A stretch of 42,803 nt of DNA from Nanobdellota archaeon (GTDB lineage: Archaea; Nanobdellota; Nanobdellia; Parvarchaeales; Parvarchaeaceae). The notes under the pieces were generated by a model. It did not search any database. It saw only the letters and a program-made list of their open reading frames with translations, and was not told where the DNA came from. Positions 19,653-27,332 of this stretch are shown here, piece by piece (position 1 is the first letter of the stretch; every line of letters starts with the position of its first letter). The stretch is taken from NCBI GenBank assembly GCA_021798355.1, contig JAJZMG010000001.1:1-42803 (forward strand), written 5' to 3'. A program made the translations under genes and the position numbers.

Positions 19653-20039
19653 ATGGTTTTAAACAGGAAAGCGCAGGGTTTGCCTATCAATACGATTATA
19701 CTTATTGCAGTAGGTCTGCTTATACTTGTTCTATTAGTTACTTTCGTATTAGGAGGGTTTAAAGGGTTAAGCGGTGGCGCGAGTAGTGGTAACAGCGCTG
19801 TTAGTGCCTTTGAAGCACAGTGTCAAACAACTGCTTCTTCTGCCGCCTCGTCAGGTTCGTTTCCTTACGGTTGGTGTTCTGCAACAATGACAGAATCTAA
19901 TGGTAAAGTTTTATGGTGTTACACTAATCCATCAAGTTTAACTAATACCACAACTACGACTTTGTACAATGGGTCTGTGTTGGCAGCGCCTCTTCCTATA
20001 GGTAACTCGCCTGCTCCTAACACAGTTTATTGTCCATAG
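19653..20039 (+). CDS. Archaeal type IV pilin (class III signal peptide)
   Basis: 128 aa. The N-terminus MVLNRKAQG/LPINTIILIAVGLLILVLLV is followed by a Ser/Thr/Cys-containing mature domain with NTT and NGS sequons. Confidence 0.75.
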   Translation: MVLNRKAQGLPINTIILIAVGLLILVLLVTFVLGGFKGLSGGASSGNSAVSAFEAQCQTTASSAASSGSFPYGWCSATMTESNGKVLWCYTNPSSLTNTTTTTLYNGSVLAAPLPIGNSPAPNTVYCP

Positions 20040-20087
20040 TTAATCTCGATTAAAAAGCTTTTTATTTACTGACTTTGTTTTTAGTAA

Positions 20088-20723
20088 ATGAAGAGAAGAT
20101 CTGTTATGACTAATGTGTTGGTGGCCGTCCTTCTAATAATAATTCTAGCGGCTATATTTTACGCATTTAAAACGCACATAGTGCTTTTCAATTCGTGCTA
20201 TTTTTCAAATGAAACTTTGGCAGTAAACGGTTCCGGGCCATTCTGCCTGCCAAACAACGGCGTCAACATAATAATAAACAGTTCTATACTTTCGTATTAT
20301 CCAAACTCTACTTTGGCCATACATAATCAGAATGTTTCTGCTTTGCCTTTCTCGTTTTTAAATGGTAAACCTTTGATAACCATATGGAATGAGCCTACCT
20401 CATTATCCTTAGATTCATATTCTTTTCTGACAATCCCAGATACTTTCAAGGTACACATGGATTATAATGCTTCTGTAACTACCTATTTCGCTGTCATGAC
20501 CAATCAGCAGTATGTTAACTGGGTAAACACAAAAACCCTGAAGAATAATTATGTATCTCTGCAAACAGGCAAAAATATCTCATTTTGGTTTAATGAAAGC
20601 ACAGGGTGTGCAGGGTATGTAGCAATAATTGAATCCGTTTCTGGTAGTACGGTAACTATCTCCCCTGATGAGAAGATATTGTATGATCCTGCAAGTTCTC
20701 CTACTGGAGCATGTGCTGGCTAA
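20088..20723 (+). CDS. N-terminally anchored extracellular protein rich in N-glycosylation sequons
   Basis: 211 aa with a single N-terminal transmembrane helix (VLVAVLLIIILAAIFYAF). There are at least eight N-x-S/T sequons (NET, NGS, NSS, NST, NVS, NAS, NIS, NES) and paired cysteines. Confidence 0.55.
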   Translation: MKRRSVMTNVLVAVLLIIILAAIFYAFKTHIVLFNSCYFSNETLAVNGSGPFCLPNNGVNIIINSSILSYYPNSTLAIHNQNVSALPFSFLNGKPLITIWNEPTSLSLDSYSFLTIPDTFKVHMDYNASVTTYFAVMTNQQYVNWVNTKTLKNNYVSLQTGKNISFWFNESTGCAGYVAIIESVSGSTVTISPDEKILYDPASSPTGACAG

Positions 20724-20762
20724 AAAGGTCAATTTTAAATTCTTTAAAATGTATCATATAAC

Positions 20763-21374
20763 ATGGAAATTGATATTTTCGATGCAGTAAATGAGCTAAA
20801 GAGCTTTTATGATGAGAATGCGCCCCTTTCAAAAATAAGTGGTTTAATAACATATAAAAAGGCGTCAATAGGGCTTGAATATAAAGAAGGAGTAATAAAC
20901 TTAAAAGCCCAACATCCTCTAAATATTAAGATATATAAAATATATAACATCTTGATAAGACTTTTCCTTGTAAAATCAGTAAAACTTACCATTGACTTTA
21001 TTGAAAATAATCAACAGAAAACGGTATCAAAGCAATTTGGTTCCGATGAAAATATAGATCCGGTTATAGAGGATCTTAAGGGGTTACCGCATGACAGGAT
21101 AGTAGATATAGTAATAGATACCGATTATTTTAAGATAGTTGAAACACAAGACATGAGCGATAATGTCTCTATAATGCTTAAAAAGAATGGTAAAAAAGAG
21201 CTGTTTAAAAGCCTTTCAAACTATCTTTTTCCATTTATAAATTTTCCAGCAAATGAATCTCTATTAGAAGAAATAAACTTTTCAAAACAGGATGACCAAT
21301 TAACCGTGGATATTTTAATGAAAGTTGACGGGTCTCCAATGGGCATTAAATCAAAAAAGGTTAAATTAGTATAA
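20763..21374 (+). CDS. Hypothetical cytoplasmic protein, first gene of the KaiC-like/GTPase/Roadblock cluster
   Basis: 203 aa with no recognisable motif. Its stop is separated by a single nucleotide from the next start, which implies co-translation with the KaiC-like gene. Confidence 0.5.
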   Translation: MEIDIFDAVNELKSFYDENAPLSKISGLITYKKASIGLEYKEGVINLKAQHPLNIKIYKIYNILIRLFLVKSVKLTIDFIENNQQKTVSKQFGSDENIDPVIEDLKGLPHDRIVDIVIDTDYFKIVETQDMSDNVSIMLKKNGKKELFKSLSNYLFPFINFPANESLLEEINFSKQDDQLTVDILMKVDGSPMGIKSKKVKLV

Positions 21375-21375
21375 T

Positions 21376-22044
21376 ATGGAAGGGATAAAAACAGGTTTTA
21401 AAAATTTTGATCAGCTTACAAACGGATTAGATTATAGAAAGGTGTACTCTCTTTTTGGAGATAAAGAATCGGGAAAAGAGCAGTTTTTGTATAAGCTTGT
21501 TCAATCGGCACTTTCCTCCAACATTGCAGTAGTCTACGTATTAACCTCCAAATCCTATTCAGAGTTAATAAACGAATTCAATTCCAGAGGTATAAATATA
21601 AATCCTTACTTGGGAGAGTCTTTCAAAATATTAGATGATTTCAGTAGAACCAATTCTCCAAGTGCTACCGATAATGCATACGCTAAGATACTAAATGGGC
21701 CAATTGATTTAACAGGGCTATCGGTTTCACTTTCCAGCGTAAACAGTGATTTTATAAAGGACGCTAAACCGGTTATAAATATCTTCGACAACTTGTCAAA
21801 TCTTTTAATTTATAACAACCCTGTAACAGTCTATAGGTTTCTGCAATTTGTGTGCGGCAAAGATAAATTAGCAGGTGTCACTATTCTGTTCTCTGTGGAT
21901 ACTGCGATGCACCCTCCAGAAGTTATAGAAACCATAAAGAACTTATCAGATGCTATACTGGATTTGAAACTTCAAGACGGCAAACGGTATTTTAAACTTT
22001 CAGGAACAACCAAAGAAGTTCTTGAGTTTAAGGAGCTTGAATGA
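21376..22044 (+). CDS. KaiC/RecA-superfamily ATPase-like protein (single domain, atypical Walker A)
   Basis: 222 aa. GIKTGFKNFDQLTNGL...VYSLFGDKESGKEQFLYKLV follows the KaiC/RadA-like N-terminal pattern. Walker A is GDKESGKE, with Glu where Ser/Thr is expected. The Walker B-like strand is VINIFDNLS. Confidence 0.65.
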   Translation: MEGIKTGFKNFDQLTNGLDYRKVYSLFGDKESGKEQFLYKLVQSALSSNIAVVYVLTSKSYSELINEFNSRGININPYLGESFKILDDFSRTNSPSATDNAYAKILNGPIDLTGLSVSLSSVNSDFIKDAKPVINIFDNLSNLLIYNNPVTVYRFLQFVCGKDKLAGVTILFSVDTAMHPPEVIETIKNLSDAILDLKLQDGKRYFKLSGTTKEVLEFKELE

Positions 22045-22046
22045 TA

Positions 22047-22055
22047 TATTTAAAA
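22047..22055 (+). promoter_or_regulatory. TATA box (TATTTAAAA) for the KaiC-like::GTPase fusion gene
   Basis: It starts 31 nt upstream of the ATG at 22078. The same TATTTAAA core appears upstream of neighbouring genes. Confidence 0.4.
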
Positions 22056-22077
22056 GTAATAATCTCTATATGTTTAT

Positions 22078-23319
22078 ATGGCATACTATAAAGGGTTAGA
22101 TGGGGTATCTGAAGAAGACTTGGACCCTTACTTTGGTATAGCTAAATTGGATGAACAGTTAAAAGGCATACCTCCTAAAAAAGTAGTGTTAATATCAGCA
22201 TCTCCTTCAGTAGGTAACGAAGTATTCGGTTATCAAATAATACATAAAAATATAACTTCAGGGGTAAAAGTACTTGTATTTCTTAATAGGACCTCTCCTC
22301 AATCTTATCTTACTGACATGAAGGAATATGATTTTCCTCCAAATGATAATCTAGTTATAATAGACGCTTACAGCGGTATAACCGGAATAAAATCCGAGGA
22401 AACAGACCATATACGAGTTATAAATAATCCTTATGACAAGGAGGAAGTAAAAACAAAAATAATAAAAGAGCTTAACGAAGGATACGGATTGTTAGTAATA
22501 GACTCTTTTTCGCTACTTGCTGACTTCTTTGATTTTTCCTTTGCCATCTCATTCATGAACGATATAAAGCAGGTTATAGTGGCTAAGGAGTCTGCTGCAG
22601 TACTTCTTTTCACTGACTGGGGTTATGAAAAGCAGAATGTTGATAAATTACTTTCTAATGTTAATTCAACAATAGAAATTAAGGGCATAGAAAAGAGGGT
22701 AATCTTTGGTCAGTACTTTGCAGTTCTAAAATGCGATTGGCTTGAAGAAAAACCAACATTTTCATCAGTTCTGTTCAAGGCAATTAAGCCGGGAGGGATA
22801 AGAGTTTATTTCCCTAAGATTTTGGTCACAGGTCCAACGGATGCTGGTAAAAGCTCATTTATACACAGTGCTTCTAAGAACGCTGTTAGCGTAGATAAAC
22901 TTGGAGGAACTATCGCACTAGACCACGGAACAGTTGATTTTGAGGGCTATCGTGCGGACTTATTTGGAACTCCTGGACAGGAAAGATTTGATCCCCTGCT
23001 TAAAATGCTTGGAGGAGAAGCAATCGGTGTATTCCTTGTAGTAGATTCGACCAAACCAGAGCAATTTCCAAGGGCAGTGGAAATGCTTAGAAAAACTGAA
23101 ACTTACGGTTTGCCTGTAGTAGTAATTGCAAACAAAGCAGATCTTAAAGGTGCGCTAAAAAAGGAGGAATTACGTGAAAAACTTCACTTGGATTCTGCGA
23201 TAACTTTAGTGCAAACCGTAGCGGAAGATCTTTCAAAAGTAGATCCAAATGAACCTACAAAATTAAAGGAGGTTAATATTCACGAGGCATTATCCGCCTT
23301 ATTTAAACAATTAACATAA
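22078..23319 (+). CDS. Fusion protein: degenerate KaiC/RecA-like domain (no P-loop lysine) plus MglA/CvnD-type (COG2229-like) small GTPase
   Basis: 413 aa. The N-terminal roughly 230 aa follow a KaiC-like pattern (KLDEQLKGIP...VVLISASPSVGNEVFGYQII; LLVIDSFSLL) but Walker A is ASPSVGNE. The C-terminal part has G1 GPTDAGKSS, G3 FGTPGQERF and G4 ANKAD. Confidence 0.7.
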   Translation: MAYYKGLDGVSEEDLDPYFGIAKLDEQLKGIPPKKVVLISASPSVGNEVFGYQIIHKNITSGVKVLVFLNRTSPQSYLTDMKEYDFPPNDNLVIIDAYSGITGIKSEETDHIRVINNPYDKEEVKTKIIKELNEGYGLLVIDSFSLLADFFDFSFAISFMNDIKQVIVAKESAAVLLFTDWGYEKQNVDKLLSNVNSTIEIKGIEKRVIFGQYFAVLKCDWLEEKPTFSSVLFKAIKPGGIRVYFPKILVTGPTDAGKSSFIHSASKNAVSVDKLGGTIALDHGTVDFEGYRADLFGTPGQERFDPLLKMLGGEAIGVFLVVDSTKPEQFPRAVEMLRKTETYGLPVVVIANKADLKGALKKEELREKLHLDSAITLVQTVAEDLSKVDPNEPTKLKEVNIHEALSALFKQLT

Positions 23320-23320
23320 T

Positions 23321-23329
23321 TATTTAAAT
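23321..23329 (+). promoter_or_regulatory. TATA box (TATTTAAAT) for the Roadblock/LC7 gene
   Basis: It starts 29 nt upstream of the ATG at 23350. Confidence 0.4.
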
Positions 23330-23349
23330 GAGAAACTTATAAATTAAAT

Positions 23350-23724
23350 ATGGCTACAAAATCGGAACAGTTAAAAAGCGTTTTACAGCGGTTGAGTACC
23401 GTTGGTGGTATTAAAGCATCTGCGGTTATATCCTCTAATGGTTTGCCGATGGTATCTTTAATGCCAGAAGACGTAGATCCTAATACTTTCGCTGCAATGT
23501 TGGCTTCAATGGTTGGATCAGCAGAAACAGCTATTAAATCGTTAGGCTCAAAGAATACCCTAGAGAGAGTAGTCGCAGAATCTAAAGATATAAGAGTAGT
23601 GGCTGTGCAAGCAGGAACAGACGCAATACTTACAATAATGATTGATCCAAATACAAATTATGGTTTGATTCTTTTGGAATCTTCTAAGGCGTCGACAGAA
23701 ATTGCGGGAATAATGAAGCAGTAA
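23350..23724 (+). CDS. Roadblock/LC7 (MglB-like) domain protein
   Basis: 124 aa. GGIKASAVISSNGLPMVSLMPEDVDPNTFAAMLASMVGSAE......VVAESKDIRVVAV is the typical Roadblock/LC7 pattern. It lies immediately downstream of the GTPase. Confidence 0.8.
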   Translation: MATKSEQLKSVLQRLSTVGGIKASAVISSNGLPMVSLMPEDVDPNTFAAMLASMVGSAETAIKSLGSKNTLERVVAESKDIRVVAVQAGTDAILTIMIDPNTNYGLILLESSKASTEIAGIMKQ

Positions 23725-23733
23725 TTAACTTGG

Positions 23734-24144
23734 ATGTCACTTGTTCTTTTCATTTGCAAATACAATAACGGTAGAAGCCAGGTAGCGGAAGCCTTTTTTA
23801 ATAACCTTGCTAAGGAGCACAACTCCATAAGTGCAGCAGGCAGCTCAGTCGGCAAAGGAATAAATTCTTTAGACATAAAATTAATGAAGGAAAAATTTGG
23901 GATAGATATGAGCAGGCAGTTTCCAAAGCCCCCTTCCGATGATTTACTAAAAAATGCGGATAAAATAATAATAGTCTGTGATCCTAAGGACTGCATACTT
24001 ATACCAAAAAGCTATGTAGAGAAGGCAGAGCATTGGCATATTCCTGAATTGGATGGCCGTTCTGTCGAAGAGAAAGTGAAAATAATGGAAGAGATTCAAC
24101 AAAAGGTTAAAGAACTAATTTCAGAGTTAGCTGGGGAAAAATAA
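23734..24144 (+). CDS. Low-molecular-weight phosphotyrosine phosphatase family protein, ArsC-like (thioredoxin-type arsenate reductase) cysteine pattern
   Basis: 136 aa with the Cx5R(S) P-loop VLFICKYNNGRSQ. A second Cys pair (VCDPKDC) sits about where Cys82/Cys89 lie in Staphylococcus-type ArsC. Confidence 0.7.
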   Translation: MSLVLFICKYNNGRSQVAEAFFNNLAKEHNSISAAGSSVGKGINSLDIKLMKEKFGIDMSRQFPKPPSDDLLKNADKIIIVCDPKDCILIPKSYVEKAEHWHIPELDGRSVEEKVKIMEEIQQKVKELISELAGEK

Positions 24145-24149
24145 AAACC

Positions 24150-24422
24150 TCAGCTTTTTAGGGTTTTGAGTATTTCATCAACCTTATCTATACTGTCCTG
24201 CTTTATTGCTTCTATTATTGCAAGCTTGTCCTTTTTCCTTACCTTTACTTTTTCCCCGTTTTTGGTTATCTTTAATTGTTCTTTGTCTATGTTTACAGGT
24301 AGTTTTTCGTTTCTTGGCTGGAAGTCCTCATGCTCTTCTTTCTTGACGTATTTTACTTCATAGCCGTTGAATTTTACTTCTTTTACAGCCTTACCTTGCT
24401 GATGTTTATACCATTCTTCCAT
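24150..24422 (-). CDS. Small Lys/Glu-rich hypothetical protein
   Basis: 90 aa, highly charged, with no motif. A TATA-like AAAATATTTAAT on the minus strand lies about 30 nt upstream of its ATG. Confidence 0.4.
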   Translation of the reverse strand: MEEWYKHQQGKAVKEVKFNGYEVKYVKKEEHEDFQPRNEKLPVNIDKEQLKITKNGEKVKVRKKDKLAIIEAIKQDSIDKVDEILKTLKS

Positions 24423-24501
24423 GATTATTATTGTATTTTAGAGATTAAATATTTTATGATAGGTATTTATAAGTTACTTTAAATTATAATATATGTCCTA
24501 A

Positions 24502-24585
24502 GCTCAGGTTGCGTAACCTGGCATCGCGTAAGCCTGGAGAGCTTATGGGAGCAATCCCTTGAGGGTCCGAATCCCTCCCTGAGCG
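24502..24585 (+). tRNA. tRNA-Ser (anticodon GGA), class II with long variable arm
   Basis: Hand-folded. The acceptor is GCUCAGG/CCUGAGC with discriminator G. The anticodon stem is UAAGC/GCUUA with loop CU-GGA-GA. The variable arm is GGGA-GCAA-UCCC. The T stem is GAGGG/CCCUC with loop UCCGAAU. No CCA is encoded and there is no intron. Confidence 0.85.
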
Positions 24586-24766
24586 CTTTCTTTATTTTTA
24601 TATTTTTTATGCTATATTTTGTTAACTACTACAGCTTTTGCATATGGCTTCCAGTTCTTAGGAAAATGTTGTTCCTCCATGTACATACCTGTTGGTTCCT
24701 TACAAATAACACTTTACTAATCGCTTTTGAAGATATAATCCGCAGTGGACTTGTTAAAATCGACAT

Positions 24767-25309
24767 TTATTTAACTCTAAATTCGTTTGCCCTGTTAAGA
24801 ATTCCAGCTTTCTGCATTATGTATTTAGACCCGGCTAAAATAAAAATGCCTATTACAAGCGTTATTACTCCATATATAGGTATTTTAAAGATCATAAAAG
24901 CCACTGCTATCCCAATTGCAGGAGGATGTTCACTGTCAGTTTCAAATAGGAGGAATGACACTACAAATACAACTATCCCAGCAATTAGGTAAAAATTTAT
25001 AAATTTTGAAAGAAAGAATCCAGCGTAACCAAAAAGACCCGCGATAAGGTAACTTTTAATAAATCTAGTTTTCTTCGCTGCTTTGGAGTAAGGCATTAAA
25101 AATAAAATGAATGCGCTGCTAGCAAAAGATGTAAATATCAATGCAGATGCTCCGCTTATCTCTCTTATATCAAAGTTTATTTCGTGTAATATAAAAATTA
25201 GAAGTACAACTACAAAAGAAGTAGCAATAAGCGGAATAAAAATGTTGTTTTTATTAAGATGGTGTTTTAATTTTCTGTATTCTCTATGAGTAAGTTCATT
25301 TTTCTTCAT
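24767..25309 (-). CDS. HPP-family integral membrane protein
   Basis: 180 aa with four or five transmembrane helices and the eponymous HPP motif (SEHPPAIG). It overlaps the 3' end of thrS by 14 nt. Confidence 0.7.
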   Translation of the reverse strand: MKKNELTHREYRKLKHHLNKNNIFIPLIATSFVVVLLIFILHEINFDIREISGASALIFTSFASSAFILFLMPYSKAAKKTRFIKSYLIAGLFGYAGFFLSKFINFYLIAGIVVFVVSFLLFETDSEHPPAIGIAVAFMIFKIPIYGVITLVIGIFILAGSKYIMQKAGILNRANEFRVK

Positions 25310-27203
25310 ACTCTGTTCTATTCTTTATATTATTTAAAATATCACTTATGAACTCACTTACGTCCACATTGTATCTGGTTTTTCCCTTCCTGTTTCTTAC
25401 AGCGATCGTTTTCTTTTCTTCTTCTTTATCGCCTATGACTATTACGAAAGGAACTTTTTCAAGTTGTGCCTTCCTTATCCTGTAATCAAGCGTGCCATTC
25501 TCCATGTCGCTTTCAACCCTTATGCTACTTTCTTTTAGTTTTTTAACAGTTTCTTCAGCATATTTATTGTTTCTTTCAGTTATAGTAAGCACTTTAACCT
25601 GGATAGGCGAAAGCCACACTGGAAGGTCCCCTTTCGAGTTTTCAAGTATTATTCCCATAAATCTTCCTATTGTACCCATTATCGAACGGTGTATAACTAT
25701 CGGGAAGTGCTCTTTATTATCATTTCCAACATATTTTGCTTCAAATCTTACTGCAAGGTTAAAGTCCAGCTGTATTGTTGATACGGCGTAAGCGTCTTCA
25801 ACTCTTCCGCTGAAATCAAGCACATAAATATCAATTTTAGGCCCATAGAATGCACCATCCCCTTCCTTTACTTCGTATTTATAACCTCTTTTTTCCAAAG
25901 TATCTTTAAGTATGCTTTCTGCCTTATCCCAAAGTGCATCATCTCCTATCCTTTTTTCAGGCCTTGTAGCAAGCTTCATTATGGGTTTGAGATTAAATGG
26001 TTTGTATGTTTCGTCCATTATGTCGAACATTCTAAGTATCTCACTTTCTATCTGTTCTTCTGTAACGTATACGTGTGAATCATTCTGCTCCATTAAGCGC
26101 GTTCTTAAAAGTCCATCAAGCGTGCCTTCCAACTCATACCTGTGTAGGAATCCATAATCTGCTAGCCTCATAGGCAGGTCTCTATAGCTTCTCGTTTTTG
26201 ATTTAAACAGCAAAGCAGAAAAGGGGCAATTCATCGGTTTCAGTCCGTATTCTTCATCGGATTCAAAAGGTGTAACCTTAAACATGTTCTCCCTGTATTT
26301 GTCGAAATGTCCACTTATTTTCCAAAGGTCTATTTTTGCAATCAAGGGCGTTATTATCTCGGTATATTCATATTTTTTGTCTAGTTCTTTTGCTAATTTC
26401 AAAAGCTCGTTATAAATTATAGTCCCCTTAGCAGTAAAGAACGGCGAGCCAGGGGAAAGCTCTGAAAACTCGAAAAGATCCAAGTCCTTTCCAATTTTTT
26501 TGTGGTCATGCTCCTTCCTCTCCTCTACTAATTTTAAATAGTCCTCTAATTCTTTCTTAGATGGGAAACTAATTCCATAGATTCTTGTCATTACTTCTCT
26601 CTTGCTGTCTCCTTTCCAGTAAGCCCCCGACACTTTTAAGAGCTTTACTGCTCCCAAGTATCCTGTGGAAGGAATATGCGGCCCTCTACATAAGTCATAG
26701 AATTCTCCATTTTTGTATATGCTTAAATTACCGTTTACACCTTCTATTATTTCAAGCTTGAATTTGTTATTTTTTAATAATTCCCTTGCCTCATCTTTTG
26801 ATATATCCTTTCTTTCAAAATGAAGTTTTTCTTTAATTATTTTCTCCATCTCCTTTTCTATCTCTTCTAAGTTGTTATCTCCTGCTTTAAGATTATAGAT
26901 ATCATAGTAAAAACCTTCTTCTATTGCAGGGCCTATCCCAAGCACCGCCTCAGGATAAAGCCTTTTTACCGCAGTTGCAAGTATGTGAGCAGAGGAATGC
27001 CAGAAAACCTTCTTGCCTGTTTTATCATTAAAAGTAAAGAATTTTATTTCCCCATCTTCTTTTACTTCCGCGGATAAATCAATAAGTTTTCCATTTATCT
27101 CAGCTACAATTATGTCTTTTGGTGCCTTTAATTCTCTTGCAATCTCTATAGCTTTCTCTCCCTCTTTGAATTCTGTTTCTTTGCCATTGTATACAATTTT
27201 CAT
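25296..27203 (-). CDS. thrS: Threonyl-tRNA synthetase with N-terminal TGS and bacterial/eukaryal-type editing domain
   Basis: 635 aa. It has a TGS-like N-terminus, the editing motif FWHSSAHILATAVKRLYP, a class II core (FRYELEGTLDGLLRTR-type motif 2 region, GTIGRFMG motif 3) and a C-terminal anticodon-binding domain. Confidence 0.95.
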   Translation of the reverse strand: MKIVYNGKETEFKEGEKAIEIARELKAPKDIIVAEINGKLIDLSAEVKEDGEIKFFTFNDKTGKKVFWHSSAHILATAVKRLYPEAVLGIGPAIEEGFYYDIYNLKAGDNNLEEIEKEMEKIIKEKLHFERKDISKDEARELLKNNKFKLEIIEGVNGNLSIYKNGEFYDLCRGPHIPSTGYLGAVKLLKVSGAYWKGDSKREVMTRIYGISFPSKKELEDYLKLVEERKEHDHKKIGKDLDLFEFSELSPGSPFFTAKGTIIYNELLKLAKELDKKYEYTEIITPLIAKIDLWKISGHFDKYRENMFKVTPFESDEEYGLKPMNCPFSALLFKSKTRSYRDLPMRLADYGFLHRYELEGTLDGLLRTRLMEQNDSHVYVTEEQIESEILRMFDIMDETYKPFNLKPIMKLATRPEKRIGDDALWDKAESILKDTLEKRGYKYEVKEGDGAFYGPKIDIYVLDFSGRVEDAYAVSTIQLDFNLAVRFEAKYVGNDNKEHFPIVIHRSIMGTIGRFMGIILENSKGDLPVWLSPIQVKVLTITERNNKYAEETVKKLKESSIRVESDMENGTLDYRIRKAQLEKVPFVIVIGDKEEEKKTIAVRNRKGKTRYNVDVSEFISDILNNIKNRTEYEEK

Positions 27204-27332
27204 TTAATTTTCTGTATCCTAATATATTAATATCTTTAATGTCAGTTTATTCTCTAAAATAACTTATTTTACTTTATTCTGTTATTAACCTAGATAATTA
27301 AAATATTAATGTGCTAAAATACATAAAAATGT

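Noticed and set aside
23734-24144. Treating the LMW-PTP gene as a phosphatase component of the GTPase/Roadblock module (it lies only 9 nt downstream)
   Set aside because: The protein has the extra Cys pair (VCDPKDC) characteristic of thioredoxin-coupled ArsC arsenate reductases. A detoxification role unrelated to the cluster is at least as likely, so I left it out of the core system.
24632-24766. 45-aa minus-strand ORF (MSILTSPLRIISSK...) starting immediately after the HPP stop codon (TAAATG)
   Set aside because: It is basic and featureless with no promoter or motif, so it is most likely chance. I could not test conservation.
24609-24992. 127-aa plus-strand ORF overlapping the HPP gene
   Set aside because: It is mostly antisense to the HPP-family membrane gene, which has the diagnostic HPP motif and transmembrane pattern. 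Its 5' part lies in non-coding DNA after the tRNA.
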